DNA of 35,710 nucleotides from Thermodesulfovibrionales bacterium (GCA_044450345.1 JBIOIY010000032.1:1-35710), one strand, 5' to 3'. Counted from the stretch's first letter, positions 1 through 9,807 are shown. The notes: generated by a model not told the origin, from the sequence alone. Translations and numbers: made by a program.

Positions 1-31
1 GCCCCAAATACTTTGTGATATACTGATCCAT
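1..31 (-). CDS. 5' end of a gene running off the window, probably an IS110-family (DEDD) transposase
   Basis: Minus strand has SD AAGGAGG (40-46) 8 nt before ATG at 31 and reads MDQYITKYLG, resembling the IS110 N-terminus x-K-Y-[VL]-G-L-D-V-H-K. Only 10 codons are visible. Confidence 0.5.
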   Translation of the reverse strand, partial: MDQYITKYLG

Positions 32-133
32 AAACCTGTCCTCCTTAATTGTGGCTCTGAGCCTTTGGTTTTTCCAACCTTAAAGCTTAACCCACGCGCC
101 TTAAGGTAGGACAGGTTTAATACATTATGTCTA
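31..133. mobile_element. Structured non-coding end of the putative IS110 element
   Basis: Inverted repeat TAAACCTGTCCTCCTTAA (31-48) / TTAAGGTAGGACAGGTTTA (101-119, one bulge) encloses inner stems GTGG/CCAC, TGAGC/GCTTA and TTGG/CCAA. The outer stem covers the SD of the gene at 1-31. Confidence 0.5.
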
Positions 134-507
134 CTCCTCACCGCGAAGAAATCGGGGGACGCATGAATTCCGAAACGACTCCGCACAATCATAAAAAACT
201 CCTTGCGGCAGTGTTCATCCAGTACACGGTACTGGCAGATTTTTGAGTTAAGCGCGGGTTTCTGTTCGGACTAAATACCTGAGAAGTTAACGACCAGTGT
301 TTGTTACAACCGAAAAATGCTGCACAGACATAACCTGACCATTACATAAATTTGGGGTTGTACTCTGGAGATTCTTGGTGAATGAATCTCAAATGTGGCG
401 GCTACCGACTGCACCGACATCCACCAGAGGGCACCCATTTAGAGGGTAAACACCAACCTCTAACGATCGCCAAGAATGAGGATTTCCAGTAGAATGTGAG
501 ACGAGAG

Positions 508-594
508 AACCCGACACTGATCCGCACTGATCCCTCATGAAGAATAAGAACTCTTGAAATCATAGAGTTTCCGTGAAAATCAGTATCAAGGGTT
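508..594. repeat. REP-like imperfect palindrome with internal tandem CACTGATCC units
   Basis: AACCC-GACACTGAT at the left pairs imperfectly with ATCAGTATC-AAGGGTT at the right. CACTGATCC occurs twice in tandem and there is an inner hairpin AACTCT...AGAGTT. Confidence 0.4.
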
Positions 595-597
595 ATC

Positions 598-2616
598 TCA
601 GAGAAGTTCTCCTGACACAGAAACCGCCAATCTTTTCCCAAGCTCATGGTTCTTGTCTTTGAACCAGCATATCAGCTCTTGGACAAGATCTATTTCGAGC
701 AGGAACGCGCCGGTAGCATCAGGGGAAATTATCTCCATCTCGAAACCTAACGCATCACCCGGGTGGATATCACAGGGAAGCGGGGTCCTTGGACGCTCAT
801 ACACGAAGGTGCGTCCGTCACTGTAAAACCAGTGGTACGTAATGAATATGGGGTTTTTATATGAGCTCGAAAGAACGTCCGTCCCGGTGTTCGTGAGAGT
901 CACGCGGGCGTATGCCATTCGATTTGGCCTCACTGCGTCCGGGAAGTCAGCCGCCAGCTCATAGCTGGGATCGGTGACGACGATGTTCGAGGGTTTCCGT
1001 ATCATCCTGGGGCTATTTGACTTCTGCTTCGAAAACGTGCCGCGCAATAGCCGGAAAAGGCTCTTCGGCAAGGATGCCGGAGATAAAGCCTTGTCCTTAG
1101 GTCTCCCGATTCTGAAAAGCGCCATGCCCCGGGCTGTGGGGAGGAAGTCAATGAGCGTGAGATCGTGCAGAACCTGGTAGGAGTAAATATTGGCTGCATC
1201 GCGCAGCGTATCGTGGAAGAGGACGTATTTTGCCTCCACGTGGTGAAGGATCTGCGTCAGGATCCTGCTCCTGTTTCTCGTACTGATGGAGGAATCGATG
1301 AAGATGAGATCGACGGTTTCCGAGAACGTCCGGAGCGCATCTGCGATCCCCTGCTCGTCAAAGAGCACCTTGTCGTTGAGGAACGGCACGTTCTTGACAG
1401 CGCAGCCGTGATTAATCCCGTGCTCGGACCAAGGGCTCAGAGTGGCCTCGATGGAAAGCGTTTTCAAATCGAGGCCCCTGAACAGGGCCGAACTCTCTCC
1501 TGCTCCCGCTTCGACAACGCTCCCTATCCCATAGGCCGTGATGAGATCTCTCATGTGGGCGTACTCCCTCGCCTCGAGATAGACGCCGTCGCACTTCAGG
1601 CCGTTCCAGGTATTGTGCGAGTTGGGCTTTGCCAGCGCCGCGGACAGGATCGTGTCCCTGTCCTTAAGATAGGACTCAAGTCCCGAGTACCTTTTCCGGA
1701 ACTGGTGTGAGGCCATCTCGTCGAGCTCCCTGAGGAGCGCGTGAAAGGCATTCACGACAAGCTCGTCATTCGGAGATGTGCTGAAATGGTCCTTCAGTGA
1801 CGCCAGATAGGCGAAGAGCTCCCGCTCCGAAAAAAGAGAATCGGTGTCGACGCCGTAATGCAGGATGAGGCTCGATACATCAAGGGGGAGGCCCATCAGA
1901 AACCCGTCCATGTCGTATACTCCGGCGAAGTGGACCAGCTTCAGCTTCTTCTGATTCAGTCTGTTGACCAGGGAATCCCCGCTCCTGTTCACCATCAACG
2001 AGCCGGTCCTGTTAAACCCCTGCCAGTTGTAGACCTCTCCGTCGACGAGCTCGATGGGCTCCTTCTTCATATTAATGAAGGCGCAGAGGAAATGGTTGTC
2101 ATGCAGCTCTTTGAGCGTGTAAGCTTGCCATGCCTCATCCTCCAGCGACTTCTCATACATTTCCCTGAAGAAAGGCTGTCTTTGCTGCGGCGCATAAAAA
2201 ATACCAGAATTGATGTATAGCGCATTCCTCAGGGCGGGGTCGCCTGTCCAGGGATACTCCTTGTTCGTGATGTATGGGCAGGCAGAGAGATCGTCGAAAC
2301 AGCCTCTCAGGGAATCGCCCCCGAGCAGTTCCGAGAGGTCGTCGAGCACGATGATATCGGCGTCCAGGTACAAGAACCCGCCCCTCCTGATCGCGTCGTA
2401 GTAAGCCTCGAACTTCGCCCTCTTGACCCCCAGGGTCCTGATCGACGGCAGCTCGATTAGCTCGCAGATGCATGTGTTTTCAAGAATTCCGAATCCTCCC
2501 CGGTCATCGCAGTAGATCGTGAGGAGAAAATCCCTGTTGGTCTTCCTCAGTGAGGTCAGGAGCCTCCGGACGTAGCGGAGATAGTTCGATGTGGCGATTG
2601 TTATAATGTGCTTCAC
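598..2616 (-). CDS. Multidomain glycosyltransferase: GT-A (GT8-like) N-terminus, class I SAM methyltransferase-like middle, Ig-like C-terminus
   Basis: 672 aa, GTG start. YLDADIIV (DxD), INSGIF and HFAG in the N-terminal half; VVEAGAGESS, LIFIDS and VLFHD in the middle; VTLTNTG...TYHW...RTPLP...LEIDLVQE..CWF at the C-terminus. Confidence 0.7.
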   Translation of the reverse strand: MKHIITIATSNYLRYVRRLLTSLRKTNRDFLLTIYCDDRGGFGILENTCICELIELPSIRTLGVKRAKFEAYYDAIRRGGFLYLDADIIVLDDLSELLGGDSLRGCFDDLSACPYITNKEYPWTGDPALRNALYINSGIFYAPQQRQPFFREMYEKSLEDEAWQAYTLKELHDNHFLCAFINMKKEPIELVDGEVYNWQGFNRTGSLMVNRSGDSLVNRLNQKKLKLVHFAGVYDMDGFLMGLPLDVSSLILHYGVDTDSLFSERELFAYLASLKDHFSTSPNDELVVNAFHALLRELDEMASHQFRKRYSGLESYLKDRDTILSAALAKPNSHNTWNGLKCDGVYLEAREYAHMRDLITAYGIGSVVEAGAGESSALFRGLDLKTLSIEATLSPWSEHGINHGCAVKNVPFLNDKVLFDEQGIADALRTFSETVDLIFIDSSISTRNRSRILTQILHHVEAKYVLFHDTLRDAANIYSYQVLHDLTLIDFLPTARGMALFRIGRPKDKALSPASLPKSLFRLLRGTFSKQKSNSPRMIRKPSNIVVTDPSYELAADFPDAVRPNRMAYARVTLTNTGTDVLSSSYKNPIFITYHWFYSDGRTFVYERPRTPLPCDIHPGDALGFEMEIISPDATGAFLLEIDLVQELICWFKDKNHELGKRLAVSVSGELL

Positions 2617-3156
2617 GGTCTCTTGATTCGTCCTAAAGCTTCATCCCTGTCCTGGCGCCCGAGGGGCAGATACGAAAGAACGGGATCGGCTTGCACCTCC
2701 TTCTCCTTTGAGATATTCTATTGCCTGATTCTCAATTATTACTTATCATGAAAATTAAAACAAGCCAGCGCAATGAACATTGGTGTGTCATAAAATATTG
2801 ATTATTTCTGGTACTCATCGCTGCAACGGATTTGACCAGTGACTGATTATTAATAGCAGGGGGAAACTGACACCTGCGATCTAAGCCGGTTTTGTTGAGT
2901 AGGAGTGGTGCCCCGCATGCCATCACAGCAGGGGCAACATTTAGTTTAAAGAGAAACGTTGCATCTGTAACAGAAACGCCACAGGGTTGATTTCAGGAAG
3001 CACATCTCATTCTGCATCTGCCTCTTTGAGGTGTAGATAATTAGCGGCAATCGAAAGTGCGAGCACGGCATCGGACTTATCGCTGGATGCCCGCTTGGTG
3101 ACATTTAGCGAGATTTTTGTTAAAGTTTTATTACTTTTCCAAGACGGAGGCACGAC

Positions 3157-3960
3157 ATGATAAAAATAGGAGTTGCCGGCGCAGCCGGCAAGATGGGAAG
3201 CAGGATAGCGGCCCTCTCAAAGGAATACGAGGGACTTCAACTTGCCGGAGCGTTCGAAAGGGCCGGGCATAAAGATGCCGGCAAGGACATCGGAACAATT
3301 ATCGGTATCGGGGAGACAGGCGTCAGACTTTCCGACGGCATCGAAAAGATAATCGATGCAGTTGACCTGATAATCGACTTTACTTCGGTAGAGTCGACAA
3401 AGCAGAATCTAAGGACCGCCGCGGCCAGGGGGAAGGCGATGGTGATCGGCACAACCGGATTTAGCGGAGAAGATATGAAAGAGATCGGGTCTCTCACGAA
3501 GCAAATTCCGTGCGTGATGGCTTCGAACATGAGCCTCGGCGTCAACCTCTTGCTGAAGGTGCTTCAGGATGTGGCGAAGGTGCTCGGTGATGACTATGAC
3601 ATCGAGATCGTTGAGGCCCATCACAGGCTGAAAAAAGACGCACCGAGCGGTACGGCGTTGAAGATGGCCCAGGTCATAGCTGAAGCGGTAGACCGCAACC
3701 TGGATGAAGTCGCCGTCTATGCCCGGAAAGGTATCATCGGGCAGAGGACGAGAAAGGAGATCGGCATCCAGACCGTGCGCGCCGGAGATATCGTAGGCGA
3801 GCATACTGTGCTTTTCGGGGGGCTCGGCGAGAGGATAGAGATCACCCATAAGGCGTCGAGCAGGGACACCTTCGCACGCGGCGCGCTCAGAGCGGCCCTC
3901 TGGCTTGCCGCAAAACCGGCGGGACTATACGATATGCAGGATGTCCTCGGCCTTAAATAG
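3157..3960 (+). CDS. dapB: 4-hydroxy-tetrahydrodipicolinate reductase
   Basis: GAAGKMG nucleotide-binding loop, IGTTG, EAHHRLKKDAPSGTA, RAGDIVGEH; SD GGAGG upstream. Confidence 0.97.
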   Translation: MIKIGVAGAAGKMGSRIAALSKEYEGLQLAGAFERAGHKDAGKDIGTIIGIGETGVRLSDGIEKIIDAVDLIIDFTSVESTKQNLRTAAARGKAMVIGTTGFSGEDMKEIGSLTKQIPCVMASNMSLGVNLLLKVLQDVAKVLGDDYDIEIVEAHHRLKKDAPSGTALKMAQVIAEAVDRNLDEVAVYARKGIIGQRTRKEIGIQTVRAGDIVGEHTVLFGGLGERIEITHKASSRDTFARGALRAALWLAAKPAGLYDMQDVLGLK

Positions 3961-3968
3961 TAATACCG

Positions 3969-4130
3969 TTATCCTTCTCTCTCGAACTGGTCTTTGGGCG
4001 CACCGCAGATAGGACAGACCCAATCATCCGGAATTTTTTCGAAGGGGGTACCCGGCGCAACGCCGTTGTCCGGGTCGCCTGTTTCAGGATCATAGATATA
4101 GCCGCATACCAAACATTTCCATCTTTCCAT
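3969..4130 (-). CDS. Rubredoxin (53 aa, absent from the ORF track)
   Basis: Manual translation [53 protein letters not shown], with two CxxCG motifs; SD-like AAAGGGG upstream. Confidence 0.97.
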   Translation of the reverse strand: MERWKCLVCGYIYDPETGDPDNGVAPGTPFEKIPDDWVCPICGAPKDQFEREG

Positions 4131-4268
4131 TCGAGACCCCTTTGGAATTAGATTTATGAAAGTAATTTATTTAATTGTATACTCTCACGTTCCCGAATAC
4201 AACTCATCTTAGCAAGTCCCTCCGCCCCTACTATATATATTTTTTACTTTCTAAACTACGTCTTATCA

Positions 4269-4297
4269 TTGATTTTTTCACCCTTTTCTGATATAGT
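4269..4297 (+). promoter_or_regulatory. Putative sigma70 promoter for scpB
   Basis: TTGATT-17 nt-TATAGT, ending 11 nt before ATG 4309; no SD in between. Confidence 0.5.
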
Positions 4298-4308
4298 TTC
4301 ATCCTATT

Positions 4309-4839
4309 ATGGAAATGAAAGAGAAGAAATCTCTGCTGGAGGCATTGTTGTTCGTTTCCGGAGAACCCCTTATGCTCAGCGAATTGAAGAACACCACCGA
4401 CCTCCCCGAGCCGGAACTTAAACAACTCCTCGATGAAATGATGGAGGAATATAAAGAGAGGAACAGCGGCCTGCTCATTGTCGAGATAGCAAATGGCTAT
4501 CAGATCGTCACAAACCCCCGCTATGCCCAATGGATAAAGAAATTCAAGAACACCGCCGCCTCCGGTAAACTCTCCATGCCTGCTCTCGAAACCCTCGCGA
4601 TCATCGCGTATAAACAGCCGATCATCAAGGCCGAGCTCGAGCAGATAAGGGGGGTCAATTCCGACGGTGTGATAAAGACCCTTCTCGACAGAAGGCTGGT
4701 CAAGATCATGGGACGCAAGGAAGTGCCCGGCAAGCCTCTCCTTTACGGCACGACGCGCGAATTCCTCCAATATTTCGGGCTAAAAGACTTGACCGAACTT
4801 CCTACAATTTCGGAATTAACACGCGAGGAGGCAGCATGA
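4309..4839 (+). CDS. scpB: SMC-Scp complex subunit ScpB
   Basis: LEALLFVSGEP, LSMPALETLAIIAYKQPI, IRGVNSD, GKPLLYGTTREFLQYFGLKDLTELP. Confidence 0.96.
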   Translation: MEMKEKKSLLEALLFVSGEPLMLSELKNTTDLPEPELKQLLDEMMEEYKERNSGLLIVEIANGYQIVTNPRYAQWIKKFKNTAASGKLSMPALETLAIIAYKQPIIKAELEQIRGVNSDGVIKTLLDRRLVKIMGRKEVPGKPLLYGTTREFLQYFGLKDLTELPTISELTREEAA

Positions 4840-5981
4840 GGAATTATCTGTCGAGGACCTCATCCTTTTTCCTGCTTATTGTCTTATTTTTCATCTCATC
4901 TACCGTCCAGGCATCCATAGAATACACCGTAAAAAAGGGCGACAGCCTTGCGTCCATTGCCAAAAAATACAAAGTGAACGTCAAAGGACTAAAGAAAGAG
5001 AACAAAGTCTCGGCCAGGCATATGAAACCGGGTACGATTATCGTTATCCCCGGTGCAAAGGCAGCGGCAAAAAAGAACGGAAAGGACCTAGCAAAGAGAA
5101 AAGGGTCCGTCCATACGGCCAAAGCCGCCCACGAGGATAAGCAGATAGAGGCTGAGGCATCGGCAGTAAAGGCCCCTGATACCCTTTATCACACAGTGAG
5201 AAAAGGCGAGACCATCGCCTCCATCTCGAAGAAATATGCGATATCAACCGACGAACTCAAAGAGCTTAATAACCTGAAGTCCTCTAAACTGAGAAAGGGG
5301 AGGAAGCTCCTTGTAAAGCATATAGGTCCCAAGACCTACACGGTTAAGAAAGGCGATACCCTCTGGAACATCGCTAAGAAGTTCGACATGGAAGCCGATG
5401 ATCTGATGCGGCTGAACGAGATGGAATCTCCTTCCCTGCCGGTCGGCCAGAAACTCTACCTTGAAGAAAAGGTGGACCCCGCAACCGCCGACACATACAG
5501 CGAGGTGATCGGGAAGCGTGTCAATATCGACGAAGAGCTGAAGAAGGTCTCGGAGTCGGAGGAATTTACAGAAAAACCCATGCCGGACAAGCTCGTCACC
5601 TTCGCGAAAAAGCTGGTCAATATACCCTATAAGTTCGGCGGCAACAGCATCCTCGGGATCGACTGCTCCGCATATGTCAAAAAGGTCTACGGTCTCCTTG
5701 GCATCCAACTTCCGAGGACTGCCCGGGAGCAGTTTCAGACCGGCGAGACCGTGGACAAAGACGAACTGTCCATCGGCGACCTTGTTTTCTTCAGGACCTA
5801 CGCGTCATTCCCTTCCCACGTGGGCATTTATCTCGGGAACGACCTCTTCATCCATGCTTCATCGAGGGGGAAAAAAGTGACGATCGACAGCCTGGAGACC
5901 CCTTATTATCTCAAGAGGTTCATCGGCGGGAAGAGACTCCTGACCGAAGAAGAGGGGAAAGATAAGGACGTGAGCAGCTGA
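4836..5981 (+). CDS. Secreted LysM (x3) + NlpC/P60 peptidoglycan endopeptidase
   Basis: Signal peptide, three [YH]TV[KR]KG[DE] LysM repeats, PYKFGG..GIDCSAY (catalytic Cys), HVGIYLG and FIHAS; 4-bp overlap with scpB. Confidence 0.93.
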   Translation: MRNYLSRTSSFFLLIVLFFISSTVQASIEYTVKKGDSLASIAKKYKVNVKGLKKENKVSARHMKPGTIIVIPGAKAAAKKNGKDLAKRKGSVHTAKAAHEDKQIEAEASAVKAPDTLYHTVRKGETIASISKKYAISTDELKELNNLKSSKLRKGRKLLVKHIGPKTYTVKKGDTLWNIAKKFDMEADDLMRLNEMESPSLPVGQKLYLEEKVDPATADTYSEVIGKRVNIDEELKKVSESEEFTEKPMPDKLVTFAKKLVNIPYKFGGNSILGIDCSAYVKKVYGLLGIQLPRTAREQFQTGETVDKDELSIGDLVFFRTYASFPSHVGIYLGNDLFIHASSRGKKVTIDSLETPYYLKRFIGGKRLLTEEEGKDKDVSS

Positions 5982-6183
5982 TTGTTCGGCTATCTCGTGG
6001 TCAAGTGCGTTTGCATGATTGAACAATGCTGATTAATTCGCGCCATTTTCTTGTCAAATTCCTTTTTTAAGTGTTATTCTAAATTCCTATGCAAAAAATC
6101 GATTCAAGCCCATTTTTGCCGTCCAGGGTATTCACTTCCGAAGAGCGGACTTGTGATCCCCTGACGGCCATGAGGATAATGGA

Positions 6184-7359
6184 ATGCTACATCTAAAAAG
6201 ACAACTGCCTTACAGGCCTACAGAAAGAATGAACGTCGTAAGCTACCCGATACGGGACATCGTGATGGAGGCGAAGCGCGAGGAGGCAAAGGGCAAGAAG
6301 ATGATTTACCTCAACATCGGGGACCCCCCTCAGTACGGCTTCGAGCCGTTTAAGGTGATCGCCGAGCAGGTAAAAACTGCGCTGGACGAAAACTGGAAGG
6401 GCTACGCCCCGTCCGAGGGCGACGAACAGTTCAGAAAGACAGTGGCTAAAATAGAGAAGTGCAGTCCCGAGGATGTGTTCGCCGTCGCAGGTCTTACCGA
6501 GGGCATAGACTTTTTTTTCCATTCGTTCATCGGGTTCGGGGAGAAGGTGCTCCTTCCGAACCCGGTCTATCCGCTTTACCTGAGCAAGGCGAAACAGTTC
6601 GAGGGCGACAGCGTTTTTTACAGGCATGATGCCGACGGTCAGATAGACGTAGGAAATCTGGCGAAGAAGATCGAGGGCGCAAAGGCGATGGTGATCATCA
6701 ACCCCAACAACCCTTTGGGCTCCGTGTATTCAGAAAAGAACCTCGCGGAAGTGGTGAAGCTATGCGCTGAATACGACGTCCCCATATTCTACGATGGGTC
6801 CTACGACCGGCTCATACTGGAAGGCAAGACAGTGGACTTCAGGAAGGTCGCGAGGGATAAGGTGTCTTTTATATACGGGAGCTCGCTTTCCAAGGACTTC
6901 AGTTACACCGGGGCGCGGATAGGATGGGTAGCGTTCCACGGCGACAGATGGGCAGAGGTCAAGAATGCCTTCTTCCTGCTATGCAACCAGCGCCTTTCCG
7001 TGAACTGGGAATACCAGAGGGCGGCTGCCGCGGCAATGGTTCACCCCGCCTATCCGGCGTACATCGCTGACATGAACCGCAAGCTCATCGAGAGGCGTGA
7101 CACATTCGTGAAGATGGCCTCAAAACTGCCGCTTTCGTTCCCGGTCCCCAAGGGCGCCTTCTACGCGTTCATAAAAATAGAAACCTCGAAATGGAGGAAG
7201 GACCTGCAATTCGTTCGTGCTGCGCTTAAAGAAGGGGTCGTTTTCGTCCCCGGCTCGGGTTTCGGGAGACAGGAAGACGGGGTGTATTTCAGAAGCACGT
7301 TTCTCCCTGAGCCGCATATCATAGAAGAGGCTTTCTCGAAAATCAGACGGATACTGTGA
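6184..7359 (+). CDS. PLP-dependent class I/II aminotransferase (AlaA/AlaAT-like)
   Basis: [18 protein letters not shown] (PLP lysine)...[22 protein letters not shown]-like GAGGA upstream. Confidence 0.9.
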   Translation: MLHLKRQLPYRPTERMNVVSYPIRDIVMEAKREEAKGKKMIYLNIGDPPQYGFEPFKVIAEQVKTALDENWKGYAPSEGDEQFRKTVAKIEKCSPEDVFAVAGLTEGIDFFFHSFIGFGEKVLLPNPVYPLYLSKAKQFEGDSVFYRHDADGQIDVGNLAKKIEGAKAMVIINPNNPLGSVYSEKNLAEVVKLCAEYDVPIFYDGSYDRLILEGKTVDFRKVARDKVSFIYGSSLSKDFSYTGARIGWVAFHGDRWAEVKNAFFLLCNQRLSVNWEYQRAAAAAMVHPAYPAYIADMNRKLIERRDTFVKMASKLPLSFPVPKGAFYAFIKIETSKWRKDLQFVRAALKEGVVFVPGSGFGRQEDGVYFRSTFLPEPHIIEEAFSKIRRIL

Positions 7360-7396
7360 AAATACAGTTTATGGATCTTTCTTAAGGAGGTATCTA

Positions 7397-7993
7397 ATGA
7401 AAAGGCATTTTAGCAATCTTGTTTTTATTATCCTGTCCGCTATGCTTCTGGGCCTCTCGGGCTGCGGGTACAACCAGATGCAGGCCAATGAAGAGGCTGT
7501 AAAGGCCGCCTGGGGAGACGTCGAGGCTTCATACCAGAGAAGGAACGACCTAATCCCGAACCTTGTGGAAGTCGTAAAGGGCTATGCGAAACATGAGAAG
7601 GAAACGCTTACGCAGGTAACTGAGGCCAGGGCAAAGGTAGGCTCGATCCAGATGTCCAAAGACATGATCAACAATCCCCAGGCCCTCCAGCAGTTCCAGC
7701 AGGCACAGGGGGCGCTATCGAGCGCTCTTCAGCGGCTGATGGTGGTAGTCGAAAAATATCCGGACCTCAAGGCAAACCAGAATTTTCAGGACCTGCAGCA
7801 CCAGCTCGAAGGGACTGAAAACCGGATTAACGTTGCCCGCGTCCGTTACAACAAAGCGGTAGAGGGCTTCAACGTTTCCATCAGGACGTTTCCTAACAGC
7901 CTGACAAACAGTCTGCTCCTGCACCTTCAGTTAAAAGAACCTTTCAAGGCAGAAGCCGGGGCGGAAAAAGCGCCCAAGGTCCAGTTCCAATAG
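7397..7993 (+). CDS. lemA: LemA family protein
   Basis: [62 protein letters not shown]. Confidence 0.95.
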   Translation: MKRHFSNLVFIILSAMLLGLSGCGYNQMQANEEAVKAAWGDVEASYQRRNDLIPNLVEVVKGYAKHEKETLTQVTEARAKVGSIQMSKDMINNPQALQQFQQAQGALSSALQRLMVVVEKYPDLKANQNFQDLQHQLEGTENRINVARVRYNKAVEGFNVSIRTFPNSLTNSLLLHLQLKEPFKAEAGAEKAPKVQFQ

Positions 7994-8007
7994 CGATATC
8001 AATGATG

Positions 8008-8147
8008 ACAGGGCAGGGGATGTTTTTTCGCTCATTCTCGTCCCGGAAACTTGATAGTGTCCTTAGGACATACCAAGCTTTCGGGACTCCGAGGCTTTTG
8101 CCGCAGAGCCGGCAAAAGAAACCCCTCAAATTCATCCCCTGACCTGT
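8008..8147 (+). repeat. Structured intergenic element, copy A (related to 13153-13260)
   Basis: Closing stem ACAGGGCAGGGGATG/CATCCCCTGACCTGT; then TTTTCGCTCATTCTCG; hairpin GTCCCGGAA..TTTCGGGAC; CTCCGAGG; hairpin CTTTTGCCG/CGGCAAAAG; AAACCCCTCAAA. Confidence 0.75.
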
Positions 8148-8173
8148 ATACTAGTATAAAAAGAATGACAAAC

Positions 8174-9103
8174 ATGCATAGACAACCGTCAATCGTTAAC
8201 GCCAGTCTCGCCGGATTTTTTTCTGGCGGGATTCGAGTGTTGTTATTGTCGGTTCTTTTTCTGCTCCTCGTGCCGTTGGTCTCCTATGCCCTCGATGTCC
8301 CGAAGCTTCAGGGATACGTGAATGATTACGCGAATATGATTTCGCCTCAGGCGAAGACCCAGCTCGAAAACGAGCTGAAGAATTTCGAGCAGACCGACTC
8401 CACACAGATAGTGATCCTGACTGTGCCTTCCCTCGAGGGGGAAGTGATCGAGGACTTCGACATCAAGGTCGCAGAGGTATGGAAGATAGGGCAAAAGGGA
8501 AAAGACAACGGCGTAATCTTCGTCGTTTCGAAGCAGGACAGAAAGTTGAGAATCGAGGTGGGGCGTGGGCTCGAAGGCAAGTTGACAGACCTTATGGCCG
8601 GAAGGATAATAGACCTCGTGGTAAAACCGAGGTTCAAGAGGGGAGATTATGACGGGGGTTTCATCGCAGGCGTCTCTGCGCTCGTCGATGCAACGCGCGG
8701 AGAGTTCAAGGCGGATGGAAACCATCGGACCAAAAAAAGCGAGTCGTCTTCACGTCTCTTCACTTTCCTAATTTTCATCGGCATTGCAGTCGTCGTCCTC
8801 GGGAGCATATCTCGTCCCCTCGGAGCGGCGGGGGGGGCCTTAGGCTTACCCCTGAGTGTCTTTCTGGCTTCCGTATCCATGGGCCTGGTCGGCTTTTTTA
8901 TCCTTGCCGTCGTGGGTATCGTAGCAGGACTTCTGCTTCCCTCCCTCTTCTCATCGGGCGGACGGGGAGGAGGCTTCGGACCCGGCGGATTTTTTGGGGG
9001 AGGGTTCGGAGGAGGAGGATTCGGCAGCGGCGGCGGAGGCAGCGACTTCGGCGGTGGTGGTGGAGGCGACTTCGGCGGCGGCGGGGCGTCGGGAGACTGG
9101 TAA
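8174..9103 (+). CDS. TPM domain-containing membrane protein (YgcG-like) with Gly-rich tail
   Basis: Signal peptide then VNDYANMIS, QIVILTVPSLEG, WKIGQKGKDNGV, RIEVGRGLEG; ends GGGGDFGGGGASGDW. Start uncertain (8165 or 8174); the ORF-track start at 8051 falls inside the repeat element. Confidence 0.9.
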   Translation: MHRQPSIVNASLAGFFSGGIRVLLLSVLFLLLVPLVSYALDVPKLQGYVNDYANMISPQAKTQLENELKNFEQTDSTQIVILTVPSLEGEVIEDFDIKVAEVWKIGQKGKDNGVIFVVSKQDRKLRIEVGRGLEGKLTDLMAGRIIDLVVKPRFKRGDYDGGFIAGVSALVDATRGEFKADGNHRTKKSESSSRLFTFLIFIGIAVVVLGSISRPLGAAGGALGLPLSVFLASVSMGLVGFFILAVVGIVAGLLLPSLFSSGGRGGGFGPGGFFGGGFGGGGFGSGGGGSDFGGGGGGDFGGGGASGDW

Positions 9104-9738
9104 TGGGACACAGAGCCGAACATTTTTTTACGAAGGAAGAAAAGGAAAGGATAAAGAACACCACCAAAGAGGTGGAGTGCCGCACCTCCGGCGAGATCGT
9201 GGTAATGGTGGTGGACAGAAGCGACGACTATTTTGACGGAGAGGTGATAGGCGGGGTCGTTGCCGGGAGCCTGTGTTCCCTGATCATTACCGCCCTCTTC
9301 TTCAACGCATCGCTCTGGTTTTTCATACCCCTGACATTCATTTTCTTCTTCCCTTTCAGATTTATCTTCAGGAAATATCATCATCTCAGGACCGCCTTCC
9401 TAAGCGCGCGCAGAAGGGAGCACGCGGTGCGTCACCGTGCCATAAGGGCCTTCCATGAAAAGGGGCTGACCAGGACGAAAGGGCATACCGGCGTCCTCTT
9501 CTTCATCTCCCTCCTCGAACGGAAGGTCTGGGTTTTGGCCGACAGGGGGATACACGAAAAGATCGGGCAGGAGACCCTGAACAAATTCGCCGCGCAAGTG
9601 TCGAAGGGCATCGCCGACGGCATCGCCTGCGATGCGCTCTGCGAAGCGATCAAAGAGGCGGGAGACCTGCTCGCCCGTCACTTCCCCTGTAGCCCCGATG
9701 ACACGGACGAACTGCCCGACGGCGTGATCACGGAATAA
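9103..9738 (+). CDS. TPM domain-containing membrane protein, third gene of the lemA cluster
   Basis: ECRTSGEIVV, two TM segments, TGVLFFISLLERKVWVLADRGI, HFP...DELPD; overlaps the previous stop codon. Confidence 0.88.
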   Translation: MGHRAEHFFTKEEKERIKNTTKEVECRTSGEIVVMVVDRSDDYFDGEVIGGVVAGSLCSLIITALFFNASLWFFIPLTFIFFFPFRFIFRKYHHLRTAFLSARRREHAVRHRAIRAFHEKGLTRTKGHTGVLFFISLLERKVWVLADRGIHEKIGQETLNKFAAQVSKGIADGIACDALCEAIKEAGDLLARHFPCSPDDTDELPDGVITE

Positions 9739-9793
9739 TACCAGTCCCCCGAGAGACCGCGCTTACCCCGAGCACCTCTTTTCGCACCGGCCC

Positions 9794-9807
9794 CCTACCC
9801 AGGTAGG
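9794..9807. promoter_or_regulatory. Palindromic candidate operator CCTACC-CA-GGTAGG
   Basis: Perfect 6-2-6 inverted repeat just upstream of a -35-like TTGAAT (9809-9814), ahead of the LuxR-HTH gene. Confidence 0.4.

Noticed and set aside
2921..3156. Lysine or c-di-GMP riboswitch upstream of dapB
   Set aside because: Small hairpins exist but the conserved aptamer motifs are not present in order.
8955..9095. GGC/GGA-rich repeats
   Set aside because: These encode the normal Gly-rich tail of the TPM protein; not a CRISPR or independent repeat.
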